Assembly: GCF_032444005.1 (NCBI RefSeq)
Contig: NC_091285.1
Location: 670,964,001-671,028,000, forward strand
From: Ranitomeya imitator
Lineage: Eukaryota
Direction of reading: 5' to 3'
Length of the DNA: 64,000 nucleotides
Of the stretch, positions 1 to 12,228 are shown one piece after another; position 1 is the stretch's first letter, and each line of letters starts with the position of its first letter. The position numbers and the translations under genes are program-made. A model generated the notes under the pieces. It was not told where the DNA came from, made no database searches, and was given only the letters and a program-made list of their open reading frames with translations.

Positions 1-304
1 CACATCATGTTGTGATGGTCGATTAAAAAAAAAGCAGAAATTAGAGCCTGGATGCCGGGCTTAAAAAAATATATCACAATTTATACTTTATATATGGTGG
101 ATCTATGAAGCCTTTGGTTCTGATGAGAAGGTCTGAACAGAATGGAAAGGTGGCGTTGGTGTAGCAGGGAGGATGCGTTAGCAACACAGCGGTACCAAAG
201 ACGCAACCATAATGTTTGCAGAGAAGATGAACTGATGGAGTGAAGCTAAGGAGCGAAAATGGAGTATTGGCAACATGGATGTAACAGAGTTAAGCAGCAG
301 ATTT

Positions 305-545
305 AGTGTATTGGAGACTTAGATGTCACAAAGCTGAGCCATTGAGGTGGAGTGGTGGAGACTTGGATGTCACAAAGTTGAGCCATAGAGTGGGAATGGT
401 GAAGACATGGATGTCACAAAGCTTAGCCACAGAATTGGAATGGTGGAGACGTGGATGCCACAGAGCTGAGCCACAGAGTTGGAGTGGTGGAGACTTGGAT
501 GTCACAAAGCTGAGCCACAGAGTTGGAGTGGTGGAAACTGACATA
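305..545. repeat. Degenerate 44-bp tandem repeat (GTCACAAAGCTGAGCCACAGAGTTGGAGTGGTGGAGACTTGGAT)
   Basis: GTCACAAAG recurs at 325, 369 and 413 (period 44); about 5 copies. Confidence 0.85.
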
Positions 546-1069
546 GCATATTGGAGATGAATTACTGGGCAGGAACTACACCTAGAGATGAGCGGATCTG
601 TGAAAGTTTGAGTTCTGGTATCCAACTGAACATTATGTCCAAAGTTTGATTCGGGTACCAGAACTTTACCCGAACATGAACCTGAACCCCACTGAAATGA
701 ACGAGTAGCCGAATTTTGGAGCTGGAAATCTCTCTCTCTTCCCAAACGTCCCTTGGAATTCCGAACATTAAAATGAACTTCCAGGAGAAGTTCGTGTTTG
801 GAGTTCAGCACCGGACACTTGGTACGCACTCCGAACTTAGAAATGAGCGACCCCGAACTTCACACTACAGCTACCTGAATACTAAGGCTGACTCAAGATG
901 CTGGAAACAGTTTTATGATGTCATCGGAAGGCATCAGGTTGCTGCAGAAATCCAACATGAGAAAAGGAATGAAATCGGCTGAGAGAGGAAGGCAATGAAG
1001 CACTTGGCAATGAAAGCAGGGTGGCAGAAAACCAGTATCTGCCTTTTCGGTCACTTCACAGAAGAGTCT

Positions 1070-4000
1070 GAAAGAGAAGAGAGAGAAGTTTGGCATGGAA
1101 GTGCTTAAGCTAAATTGAAGCATTAATGTCCTGTTTAGAAACCCAATTTCTTTCTTCAGGAACATATAACTTTCAGTCAATTAGATCGAATAGACTCCTA
1201 TGACCCACTTGCAGTCCAGGTTTTCATTAACATGATAATTCCTGCTAGAATCTTGGAGGGAAACATGGAAGGTTTAGAACTTGGTAGAGAGGACAAAGCG
1301 GCGAAGCATGACAGCTGTAGCAATCTTAAGAGTAGGAAGCAATTTCAGTCAAAGGGTGACTGCAATGATTTCTTTAACCACTTTGAATAGGTCAATGTAT
1401 CTAGGAGAAAACGTCATGAAGGGGACCTTCAGTTCAAAGTCCCTTGGAGAGAGCTGAACCTCATCACTGGGAGAAATATCTGGAGTAGGATGTCTAGAAT
1501 AATCTGCATTCTTTTTAGCCTTGGTCCCAGATCGGTCCGCGCATGTTTAGACAAACCCTTTCTATGAAAAAGATAGAGAAAACTGCACATCCTTAATCCT
1601 TGTATAAAAACATCCAAATTTTATTCCATCTTGATAAAAGAACAGCATATCATAGTATTGCATATATCCTACAGAAAACCTCTCATGCATGTCTGGCATG
1701 TAGCTTCCCTTTCCATGGTAGGAGGCAATGGAAGACAAGATTTCAGTCCAATCGTCTGGTCTCCGTAACCAAGTTGTTAACGGAAAATTTAGCCTAAAGG
1801 GGTTGTCCATTACCAGGACAACCCATTCTCAGTCCTCATGTTTGACCTCAAAAAAAAACAAAAAAAAAAAAACACCTATACTCACCTCCTGTGCCGGCGC
1901 TATTCCTGCGGTGTTGGCACTCGCGTTCCCAGGGCTCTCGTGTTGTTGTTATGACACATGAGCGCTGCGCCCAATCAGTGTTGGCATCACTGCTCCCGCC
2001 TTCGAACAAATCGAACATGAAGAAAGAATCAGGGCTCCGTGGACTTATTAGTTCTCTCAGTCTCATTATTGTTCTAAGAATGGTAAACATAAATTTAATC
2101 CAATAAAATTCTAAGTACTTTGTACAGAACTCTCCAAAAGGTAGAGTCAAAATGAACTCAGTCCAAGACAATGTAGGCAAGAAAATAACACAAACAAAAA
2201 ATATCCCACGAGGCAAAAGGCAAGCAAGACACTGGGACAAAGCCCCTATCTTGGACAATCAGTCCCACCACTATCCTTGGTCATGGATTTTGCTGCTGTC
2301 CGAGTCAGTAGACAATTAGGGACAGGGTTCCTGAGGAATGGACAGAGGTTGTAAATGTCTTAGAGGTGCCAGTTCAAAAACGTTTCAAGTAGGAAAATTT
2401 GGTACATGAAGCAACAGACTTCTTAACGTCTTGTCTTCACTTGGGACACCAGTACAAAAAAAAAGTAATGAATTCTGCAGTAAATATGATTAAAGGATAC
2501 CCAGAAAGGATTGAGGCCAAGAACAGACTTCCCAGTGAAGTTTTTCTAAAACAGAGGATTACCCCGTGAAGGAACATTGGGAGACATGGGTGCTAGAATG
2601 CACTTGGCTTCAATGACGTGGGTAGGAGTCTTCTCAGAGATAAAGGATTGACAGATCTGGGGAAATGCATCAGTTTAGTAATTTTTTTCCAGTAGAACAA
2701 TAAGAATAAAGTTAAAACTGAGAGAAGAAGAGCGACCGACATGCTTGGCGAGGATTCAATCTACCGCTCGATTCAAGACAAGATATTAGTTAGGTCAGTA
2801 TAGTCTCTTCAAACTTATCTCCATCCAGAAGCCGGAACTTCAAGCTAATATATGAGCAAGAAGTTCACGGTCAGAGACAAAACAGTTATTCTCTACCGGA
2901 GTAAACATTTTGAAGACGCAACAGCAAGGGCGATTCTTGGTCTCATTGGGCTGCTGCAAAAGCTTGGCTCATACTCCTTTGGAGGTAGCACATCCAAAAA
3001 TAAAATTGGCTAGCTAATGTCATGGTGATGCAGAATCGATGCCGAGAGGAAGTGAGTCTTGAAGACACTAAAGGCTTGTATTGTGGAATCTGACTAATTC
3101 CATAATTTGCCATTATGACTGAGAGCTATCAAAGAAGACATATTTGGGAATAATTCTTGATGAACTGCAATAATTGACTACAAACTTTTGAAGAGCTTGA
3201 AAGCCCACTTGTTGTCACCATATTTGAATTGCTGAAGACTTTTCAGGAGCCATTCATAGGATATAATAAATCCTAAGAATGGAAGCTCCTGGGACTCAAA
3301 CAGGCATTTCTCTAGCTTGCAAAAAAGCAAGTGAAAAACTAAACAAACATGAAGGCGGTCAAAGGCAGAAATATCAGTATATCGTCCAGGTACAAGAGTA
3401 GGTACCGATTCTGTACATCTCAGAAGATATTGTCCATGAAATGCTGAAACAGATCAGATGCAATGCATAGGCCGAAGGACACCGGAGGTGACCATCTCAA
3501 GGGTTGAATGCTCTTGCCCATTCATGCCTCTCTTGCGATTCAAGCCTGAGGATATGCGGTTTAGTAAAAAAATGGGAGCTCTTCATCTGATCTAAGAGTT
3601 ATTAGTAGTATTATTATTTACTATTATGGCGCCATTTATTCCATGGCGCTTTACATGTGAGGAGAGGTATACATAATAAAAACAAGTACAGTACTATACA
3701 AGTCACAATGGTACAGGAGGAGAGTGGATCCTGCCCGCGAGGGCTCAATCTCAACGGTGAGGATACAGTAGGTGAAGGTAACGCTGGTCGTGCAGTGGCT
3801 TGGTCGAGCGGTGGTTAATGCAGCTTGTAGGCTTGTCGGAAGAGGTGGGTCTTCAGGTTCTTTTGAAGGTTTCTATGGTAGGCGAGAGTCTGATATGTTG
3901 TGGTAGAAAGTTCCAGAGTAGGGGGGATGCGCGGGAGAAATCTTGTATACGATTGTGGGAAGAGGAGATAAGAGGGGAATAGAGAAAGAGATCTTGTGAG

Positions 4001-4790
4001 GATCGGAGGTTGCGTGTAGGTAAGTACCGGGAGATGAGGTCACAGATGTATGGTGAAGACAGGTTGTGGATGGCTTTCTATGTCATGGTTAGGGTTTTGA
4101 ACTGGAGTCTTTGGGTAATGGGGAGCCAGTGAAGGGATTGACAGAGGGGAGAGGTGGATTAGTCAGGCAGCAGAGTTTAGAATAGATTGGAGGGGTGCGA
4201 GAGTGTTAGAAGGGAGGCCACAGAGTAGGAGGTTGCAGTAGTCGAGGCGGGAGATGATGAGGGCATGGACTAGGGTTTTTGCAGATTCTTGGTTGAAGAG
4301 TTCAGAAATAATTGTCAGAAGACAGCAATCTTTAATTGTAGCCTTGTTTAAACTTTGTTATTCAATAGCGAATACTTCAATGGTGTAAGAGATCCATTCT
4401 TTAAAAAAAAAAAAAAAAAAGATGCAGATTTCTGAATGAAGCTCCTCTTCAAGGTGTATTTTAGATATCAAGACATTGTCTCCATTTCTGGAGGAGACTA
4501 AGGAAACATGCTACCTTTTAGTGATTCTTTATCTGGGAGGAAATGAATTTTCAAATAAAAGCCGACGATGTAGACCTATGGAGTTTTGTGGAGAGAATAA
4601 TGTCAGCAAAACCCTGATAAAGAGGTGAAAAGTCGAGGAATTACTTTTACATCACATTGCAAACAGGAGTACCCAACCAGGCAAACAATCAACTACTGTT
4701 CTAAAAGCAACTAAAATTAGTGCAAAAAACAGGGAGAATAGAAAAAGAAATATCTTCGCCTATTTAGAAGATTAAAAGTAGTCATTGTGC
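1070..4790 (-). mobile_element. Decayed Gypsy/Ty3 (chromovirus-type) LTR retrotransposon pol remnant, interrupted by later insertions
   Basis: Manual minus-strand translation gives RT motifs VSFGLCIASDLFQHFMDNIF and LYLDDILIF (~3370-3480), RNase H ..RLNPRQACRSLFFSQF (~2700-2790), integrase C-terminus FSPRYIDLFKVVKEI..LKLLPTLKI (~1320-1440) and chromodomain YVPEERNWVSKQDINAS..LKHFHAKL (~1090-1170). Many stops and frameshifts. Confidence 0.85.
3600..4287 (-). mobile_element. L2/CR1-group LINE 3' fragment with (TAT)n-type tail, inserted into the Gypsy
   Basis: Near-identical to the copies at 40727-41341 and 50470-51040. The minus strand encodes an ORF2 C-terminus (..RNLRSSQDLL..SSSHNRIQDFSRASP..KTHLFRQAY) followed by a short-tandem tail. 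Confidence 0.85.
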
Positions 4791-4849
4791 TGTTTAGTAT
4801 CTTCTTGCGTATGCTGAACAGGGACCACTGAAAGGTAAGAAGAATATTT

Positions 4850-5665
4850 TCTTAAGAGATTAGAAAGAAAGTTACAGACAAACATGTTAAACGGTAAAGG
4901 CTATAAGACCATCAAGGTCCATCAGTATCATATTACACCATCTGTCGCTGTCTTGGCCAAAGTGGACATCATAAAAGACGACCGAGGAGGAAACCACTGT
5001 TGAAAAAATCATATAAAGGCATAACTGGAATTTACCAAAATGCATATTTACCTGCCACAAAAGCTTCTGGGAGAATACCATTTGAATGGATGAGACAAAA
5101 CTGGAAGTTTTTTGGCGTCACATCAGCTCTATGTTCACAGACACAAAAATGAAGCCTACAAAGAAAAGAACATTGTTCCTACTGTGACACATGGAGGAGG
5201 CTCGGATATGTTTTGGGGCGGCTTTGCTGAATCTGGCACAAGTAGGTTTTTGTTGAATCTATGTAAGGTATAATAAAATCTCAAGATTATGAAGGCAATC
5301 TAGAGCCAAATGTGCTGCCGAGTGTCAGAAAGCTTGGCCTGAGTCGCAGTTCATGGGTCCTCCAACAGGATAATGACCCAAAACACCGATAAAAATATCA
5401 AAGAATGGCTGAGAGGAAAGCATTGTGGCTTCTATGAGCCCTGATCTAAAGCCTAGTGAGCATCTGTGGACGGAGCTGAGACCTGCAGTCTGGAGAAGGA
5501 GACTTCACACCTGAGACAGCGGGAGCAGTCTGCTCAAGAGAAGCTGCCAAAATACCTGTGGACGAGGGCAGAAGTCTCACTGAGCATTACAGAAATTGTG
5601 TGTTAGCCTCAAAGATTGTGACACAAAATATTAAGTTAAGAGGACCATCAATTTTGGCCACGCCA
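4850..5665 (+). mobile_element. Degenerate Tc1-like transposase remnant
   Basis: Fragments KGYKTI, W.DETKLEVFG, PTVTHGGGS..FWG, QQDNDPKH and a terminal TKY* are recognisable; frameshifts and deletions present. Confidence 0.85.
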
Positions 5666-6077
5666 ATGTCAGTAGCTTTTGTTTTCTCTGTAGAACCACA
5701 ATTCAGAAGAAATGTCTAATTTTCACTATTGACATTCAGTAAATTTAAAGTGAAAATTGCTTTTTTCAGTTTCACGTTATTTCAGTGACCACAGTGGGGA
5801 TTTCTTACATTAACAGAAGGTAAGAACAATTTTGTCCACGTGCGTACGTGCAGTCGTGGAAGTGAGCGTGCTGAACGACGCATTTCAGTCCTGTAAGTTG
5901 GGGTACAGCGCACGGCCATCTTTGGCCGTCCAACAGAATGAGTGGCCTAGAGGTGCGCTTGCTCCACTTCCGCTCCAATCAGATGGAGCTCTGCCCCGTT
6001 CTTGGGATCAAATCGAAGGAAATGATGTGCACTCTAAACAAAAGTAGAAGGGTGCAGGCTGAACGAAAAGTCCCAAT

Positions 6078-6572
6078 GTTCATGAAAAAACAGCCGCACT
6101 CAAATAGTTTGAAGATTTATGCCAAAAATATATCTTTATTTGTGCGTACAGACATCACCAGGTGCTTTATGACGAATATGGGTTGCGGACAATAAGGTTA
6201 ACGTTTCGACCAGGGGTGGCCTTTGTCAAAACCTCACTTGTGGTAAGGGTGCAGAGAGGAAAAAAGGAATCAGTCCAATAAAGGCGGTGCCTGTAAGAAC
6301 GTGGGGAAGCTATGGCCGAACCATTGGTGATGCTGTACGTCCCTACGTTCTTACAGGCACTGCCTTTGTTGGACTGATTCTTTTTTTCCTCTCTGCACCC
6401 TTACCACAAGTGAGGTTTTGACAAAGACCGCCCCCCAGTCGAAACGTTAACCTTATTGTCCGCAACCCATATACGTCATAAAGCACCTGGTGATGTCTGT
6501 ACGCACAAATAAAGATATAATATTTTTGGCATAAATCTTCAAACTACTTGAGTGCGGCTGTTTTTCATGAAC
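6078..6572. repeat. Long inverted repeat (arms 6078-6307 and 6340-6572, 32-nt spacer), probably Penelope-like-element derived
   Basis: The arms are reverse complements with only scattered mismatches (read directly). Each arm carries a TTGACAAA-stem-GAAACGTT motif of the kind found in Penelope-like pseudo-LTRs (family call is inference). Confidence 0.9.
6413..6453 (+). ncRNA. Putative minimal type I hammerhead-ribozyme-like motif (U3/A8 variant); second copy on the - strand at 6195-6234
   Basis: AGGTT [stem I] TTGACAA A GAC..GTC [stem II] GAA ACGT [palindromic stem III] T AACCT [stem I complement]. Activity untested. Confidence 0.45.
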
Positions 6573-7316
6573 ACCGTTCTTGGGATCGTCGGGACCCAGT
6601 GGTCAGACCCTGGGCGATCAATAAAGTATGAACATGGCACAAACCCTTTAAGCAGAAAAGTACAAATTAAACAAAATTGAAACGTTTCCGAAAAGATTGT
6701 TCAAGCTGATCTGGGTTCAGATACTTATTCTTACAAGAACTTTTCAGACATAATATAGGGCTCCAGTTAAATTTATGGCCTACAAGATCTGATTTTATCT
6801 TTGCTTAAATGCTAGCAAAAGTACAGAAAAATTCTCAAGGGTTTACGTACTTTTTTTTTTGAGCACCTCTGCATTTACATCTACACGTTAGTGATTGCTC
6901 TATCGCACTGGATGGATCAGGCTGCGCTACGTAACCTGTCGGCGATACTACCATCCCGCTCAGGATTTGGGAGCTACAATAGGAAGATGGCCGTGAACAC
7001 AAGGTTGCCCTGTCTCCCAGATATATGATGACAGGTGAAGTGCAGAGGAGGAAGACTCGGTCTGATCTTTCTACCAGACGTATGGAGGGAGGCGGAGGGG
7101 AAAGCTGCAGCTATGATTTCGTGACTGTCATGAACACCTAATCCTATATATTTCATTAGGTAAAAGGTATTCATCTGTCTGTAATCAGCCCAGGAATTCA
7201 GTTCCGATCCTTAGAACACCACCACCCCCATTTGCTTTCACATATTTAACCCTTTGCCGCTCTGAGTAACGCCAAAAAGCATAAGATGGTTTTCAAGTAT
7301 AAGTAAAATTCCTGCG

Positions 7317-7334
<18 letters not shown>

Positions 7335-7372
<38 letters not shown>

Positions 7373-7720
7373 ATGTAGGAATATTTCACACACTATATAT
7401 ATTATTTATTTATACACACAGTGCATGCACATAGATATTTCCTGGGGTAAACAATTATATAGACACACCCACAAAAAAAGATAATATACATACATGAAGA
7501 AGATCGATAGTTATATATAAATTACAGAGTGTATATATTAGAGTGCTTTTAGGAAAATTGCAGATAGAATGGATGGAATGATGGATAGATACATAGATAG
7601 ATCGATGATAGATAGATAATAGATAGCAGATGATAGATAATAAGTAGATCATAAATAGACAGATAGATAATAGACAGATCATAGATAGAAAATAGATAAT
7701 AGACAGATAATAGATATAGA
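7335..7720. repeat. (TA)n microsatellite (7335-7368) and degenerate (GATA)n tract (~7561-7720)
   Basis: Read directly. Confidence 0.85.
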
Positions 7721-8900
7721 ACCCTAACCCAATCCTCATGTATAAGGTTTTTACCGGCATATTAGACCGCAGCTTTCATAATGTCATGGAATCTGGGCCA
7801 TAAAAAGTTCCTATTTTCAGAGAATGTTTTTTACTATGTCAATAATACGAGACTGAAGAATAGATCTGCGCAATAAAAATGAATCTTTCACGCAATGAGC
7901 CATGTAAGTACGGAAGTGTATAGATAGATAGATATAAGGTAGCAGGAAGGATAGATAATAGATAATGATCTATCAACAAATAGCTGAATAGATAGGACAG
8001 ACACAATTATGAGACAGACCTACAGATAAAGTTTATTAGATGTATAAAAAGTTACCATAAGTCTTCCTATGATAGTACGTTCATATATATTATTATGGGT
8101 TTATTAAAGTAAGGTCTAAATATTGTTTATTATCTTCCTCTCCACATATTCTACAAAATATACACACACGTATACCACAGTACTACATGAAGCACATTCT
8201 TTGGTGTGGGTGGGTGACGCAGGTTTGAGAAATCAAAGAAATCCTACTTTAATTTTTCAAGCACTCCCCCCTACCCCCGTAAGCACCATGTGCTTTATAT
8301 GGAGAGATCCGGTACATGACAGGTTAAAAACCCTCCCCAGCCGCCACGTATAAATTTTAGGGGGACTGGAGTTTTGTTTTGCAGAGAGAGTGTGATACGG
8401 TATACAAGATGAGGTACGGGGAACCCCTCTGGGTCACCCTCCTGGTTGGACTGCTTGGATCTGTGGCCCCCGCAGCTTTGGACTCTACTGGGGGGATACA
8501 GGGTGGAGGACCATCTCAGCAAGGTATATTCATTTATTTATCATGAGTAGGGTATAATGCCCCCTAGTGGCAGAGTTACCATGAAAAAAAAAGAGACTGA
8601 CATACCTAAAAATGATGTCTGCTATATGTATATTTAATAAATAGAAAAACTTGTTCAGGTACAAAATTAAGAGAAATTTCTGCTTTAATAATATAATTAA
8701 AATATATTTGATAACGTCCCTTACGTTGAGTATTATATTGGTTTCCATGATGTGCCATGTTATGTTTTATAGTCTCTGTGCTACATACTTTCTTATATAG
8801 ATGTTATATATTAGATTATGCCACATTGTGCCACATGTGCTCGCTTGTGAGCTGGATATACATTATATGTCATATCTTCTGGGTCCCGCTATCTAATGTA

Positions 8901-9068
8901 CAGTGGGTACGGAAAGTATTAAGACCCCTTTACGTTTTTCACTCTTGGTTTCATTGCAGCCATTTGGGAACTTCAAAAAAATTATTTTTTTTTCTCATTA
9001 ATGTTCACTCTGCACCCCATCTTGACTGAAAGAACAAAACAAAAACAGAATGTAGTAATTTTTGCAAT
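8901..9068 (+). mobile_element. Tc1-like terminal fragment (left end)
   Basis: TA followed by CAGTGGGTACGGAAAGTATTAAGACCCCTT, a typical vertebrate Tc1 TIR start. Confidence 0.7.
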
Positions 9069-9483
9069 CAGAAGCTGATTGTGCAGGGCGCTAGCGATGG
9101 CGGCGATGTCTGTGCAGATATAAGACTACATGTGTCGTGTGATACTGAAATCTCTGTGACACGTTGCAACATTGGATGTATGGATTTCCTATGGCGTTTC
9201 GTTGTCACCTCCTGCAACATAAGGTGGCAAATGTTTCCAAATGTATTGGATTTTCAATTGCTGGTCACAAGCCACACTTATCATTGTTTTCAATGTAGGA
9301 CTTAATCTTGCAACTTGGCTATTTATTTACAGGAAAAAAGTCACAAAAAAGTTGCATGAGATAAAGTTGCACAGACATTTTTGTTCTGCAACTTTGCAGA
9401 GAACTGTTGTCGCATGACACGTCACCATGTAACCCCTTCGTAATGACAACTAATATCTACGTCCCCCATTTGTCTCTTTACAG

Positions 9484-9875
9484 ATGCTGGCAGTTTCTCG
9501 CTGTTATCAGATGGTGCCCCCCGCCCACGTTTTAGGAGGAGACTGCAGTCAGGACGACCTCGTATGGAGGATCGGGAATGCCGTCTGAAGACGCTGCTGC
9601 TGCGAGTTGGAGACCTCGGACTTGGCTATGACTCTGAAGAGACCGTCCTATTCAAGTACTGCGGTGGCGGATGTGCGCGATCCCGTACAAACCACGACCT
9701 GACTCTAACACTGCTTCTGCAGAAGAGCGACCTCCCTTCTCTTCTGGAGGAGAAAATATTTGGAGGGCCCTGCTGTCGCCCCACGCACTATGAAGACGTT
9801 GCCTTCCTGGATGACAGTCACCGGTGGCACACAGTGGAAAAGCTGTCGGCGGCAGCGTGTGGCTGTGTGGGGTAA
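9484..9875 (+). CDS. PSPN: Persephin (GDNF-family ligand), last coding exon with pro-region end and mature domain
   Basis: Acceptor tctctttacAG at 9482-9483, phase 1. Reads RPRFRRR (furin-type site), then CRLKTLLLRVGDLGLGYDSEETVLFKYCGGGC...GPCCRPTHYEDVAFLDDSHRWHTVEKLSAAACGCVG* with the cystine-knot cysteine pattern. Tail-to-tail with ALKBH7 as in human. Signal-peptide exon not located. Confidence 0.9.
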
Positions 9876-10157
9876 TGAGCCACCGGCGTAACGTAGAGCC
9901 ACTCAGTAGTGAACTTATTTATGAATGTAATCTGTTTGGCCCAGGCCAAGGTGCAACAAAGTGATAAAAGGCAAACCCGACTACAGAAAAAAAAAAAAAA
10001 AATGTAACAACTGCACAGAAACATGGCTCTGAAAGATGGGATCTGGTTTGCTGATAACTTTGCCCCCTTCTTGCTTAGATCCAGAAGGTAAAAACGCCCA
10101 TGTCCATATCCACCTGCCACTAGAGGAAGCACTGATAGCAGGACAGCTTGTTGCAGG

Positions 10158-10820
10158 GCACCAGGGCTCTCACTGGCATCGCTGGGCATCAAGGCTCTCA
10201 CTGGCATCGCAGGGCTCTCACTGGCATCGCTGAGCATCAGGGCTCTCACAGGCATCGCTGGGCATCTGGGCTCTCACAGGCATCGCTGGGCATCAGGGCT
10301 CTCACAGGCATCGCTGGGCATCTGGGCTCTCACAGGCATCGCTGAGCATCAGGGCTCTCACAGGCATCGCTGAGCATCAGGGCTCTCACAGGCATCGCTG
10401 AGCATCAGGGCTCTCACAGGCATCGCTGAGCATCAGGGCTCTCACAGGCATCGCTGGGCATCTGGGCTCTCACAGGCATCGCTGGGCATCAGGGCTCTCA
10501 CAGGCATCGCTGGGCATCAGGGCTCTCACAGGCATCGCTGAGCATCAGGGCTCTCACAGGCATCGCTGAGCATCAGGGCTCTCACAGGCATCGCTGGGCA
10601 TCTGGGCTCTCATAGGTATCGCTGAGCGTCAGGGCTCTCACAGGCATCGCTGAGCATCAGGGCTCTCACAGGCATCGCTGGGCATCAGGGCTCTCACAGG
10701 CATCGCTGGGCATCAGGGCTCTCACAGGCATCGCTGGGCATCAGGGCTCTCACAGGCATCGCTGGGCATCAGGCCTCTCACAGGTATCGCTGGGCATCAG
10801 GCCTCTCACTGGCATCGCAC
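10158..10820. repeat. 28-bp minisatellite (GGGCTCTCACAGGCATCGCTGAGCATCA), about 23 copies
   Basis: Period measured 10268 to 10296. Confidence 0.95.
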
Positions 10821-12228
10821 TGACCAGACTTTTCAGTTGGATATGATCAGTACTAGATATGATGTGAATCGATTTGGAGTATTTAACCCAGCGGATGGGA
10901 ATCCCAGGAACCGCCTCCTAACCGTTGCAATGTCACATGCACATCAAGACACAATGATGACATCATAACAGACCGGCTAATCCAATGAGTAGCAATGGAG
11001 GTCGTCTGGTCAGAGATGGCAGTTCTCACAGAACACATTTTGCAAATCGATTTGCACTCTCTCTAATTAGGACAGAGGGGTACAGAAATGATTCAATACA
11101 CTGACAACAAGCAGACTAGGTTTTGGACTCACACCATGACCGATCCCATAGACAGGTCATATTATATGCCCAGACGACCCCTTTATATGCATTTTGGAAA
11201 ACCTTTTTTGATAATGAGGTTGTTTTCTTTTTCAAGTTTTCCATATGACAATCTCTATAAAATAAAAAGAAAGAAATCTTGCCATTTTCACACTAGTCAC
11301 CAAGCCTAATAGTAGACTCATACATACTGCTCTGCTTGCAACACTTTTCAGCAGTTTCATTACCATCACAGATGGGATTACAATGACAAATAACTCCTCT
11401 ATATGCAGTAGATAACACAAGATCAACCAATCTCAGGTCACGTTCCCTTCACTATCGCAAAGTTCCTGTATACGATTAAGCGATCGCTTATCGTATGTCA
11501 ATCAGTCAGAGATGCTCGAATGCAGCCTGTGTCCATGTGGCTGCTGAAAACAACAGCAACTATGAGTCTAATATTAACCTTCATTGCAAGATTTCTGATT
11601 TTTTTTTTATAGATTGTGATATGAAAAACTGTGAACAAAAAATCCTTTGTGACACAATAGGTCGTTTTCTGATGACACATTACCTTTAAATAAAGACCTG
11701 TGAAGTACGGCTCTGAACCTTCTAGCAAACCTGTGATGAGTGGGGTGAGGACATTGCCACGTATCTGCCCTCATGCTCTTTTTATATAAGTAGTCTTGCT
11801 TTTAGCAGCCAGTAAGATGAAGAAAAAAAACTATTTATGTACAAATAACTTATTTATTTATTCCATTGTAGATCTGAGACAAATAAAATGCAATTGATAA
11901 AAAAAAAAAAAAAAAAATCTACGCAGATCTTCATTCTTTTTTTGCAACCAAAAATGGACGTCATTTAGTAGGATTGTCCTGATCACTGATGGAGACGGCA
12001 CTGTGGTGGGGTAGTAATAGTCCTACATGGGCCAAACGTCACCCCTTTATTACCCTTCCACTAGATACACAGAATTACCGTATATACAGGAAATCATCAT
12101 TAAAGCTTAGTTACCTTTAGAATTGTATCAACAACAGGTAAAACCATTTCTCTCCACTGGATCATAAGTTAGGACAGGGGTAAAAGTCAGAGCAAACCAT
12201 CAGCAGCGGTACTCTAGTCCTGAGACCA

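Noticed and set aside
6987-7034. ATG (MAVNTR..) and donor as candidate PSPN exon 1
   Set aside because: The ATG frame stops after 13 codons, and the phase-1 frame has no hydrophobic signal peptide.
8100-8750. Non-repetitive-looking segment with mixed G/C runs
   Set aside because: Probably an unclassified repeat fragment; no termini, ORF or motif I could support.
11733-11785. TGATGA box-C-like motif
   Set aside because: No convincing box D or terminal stem.
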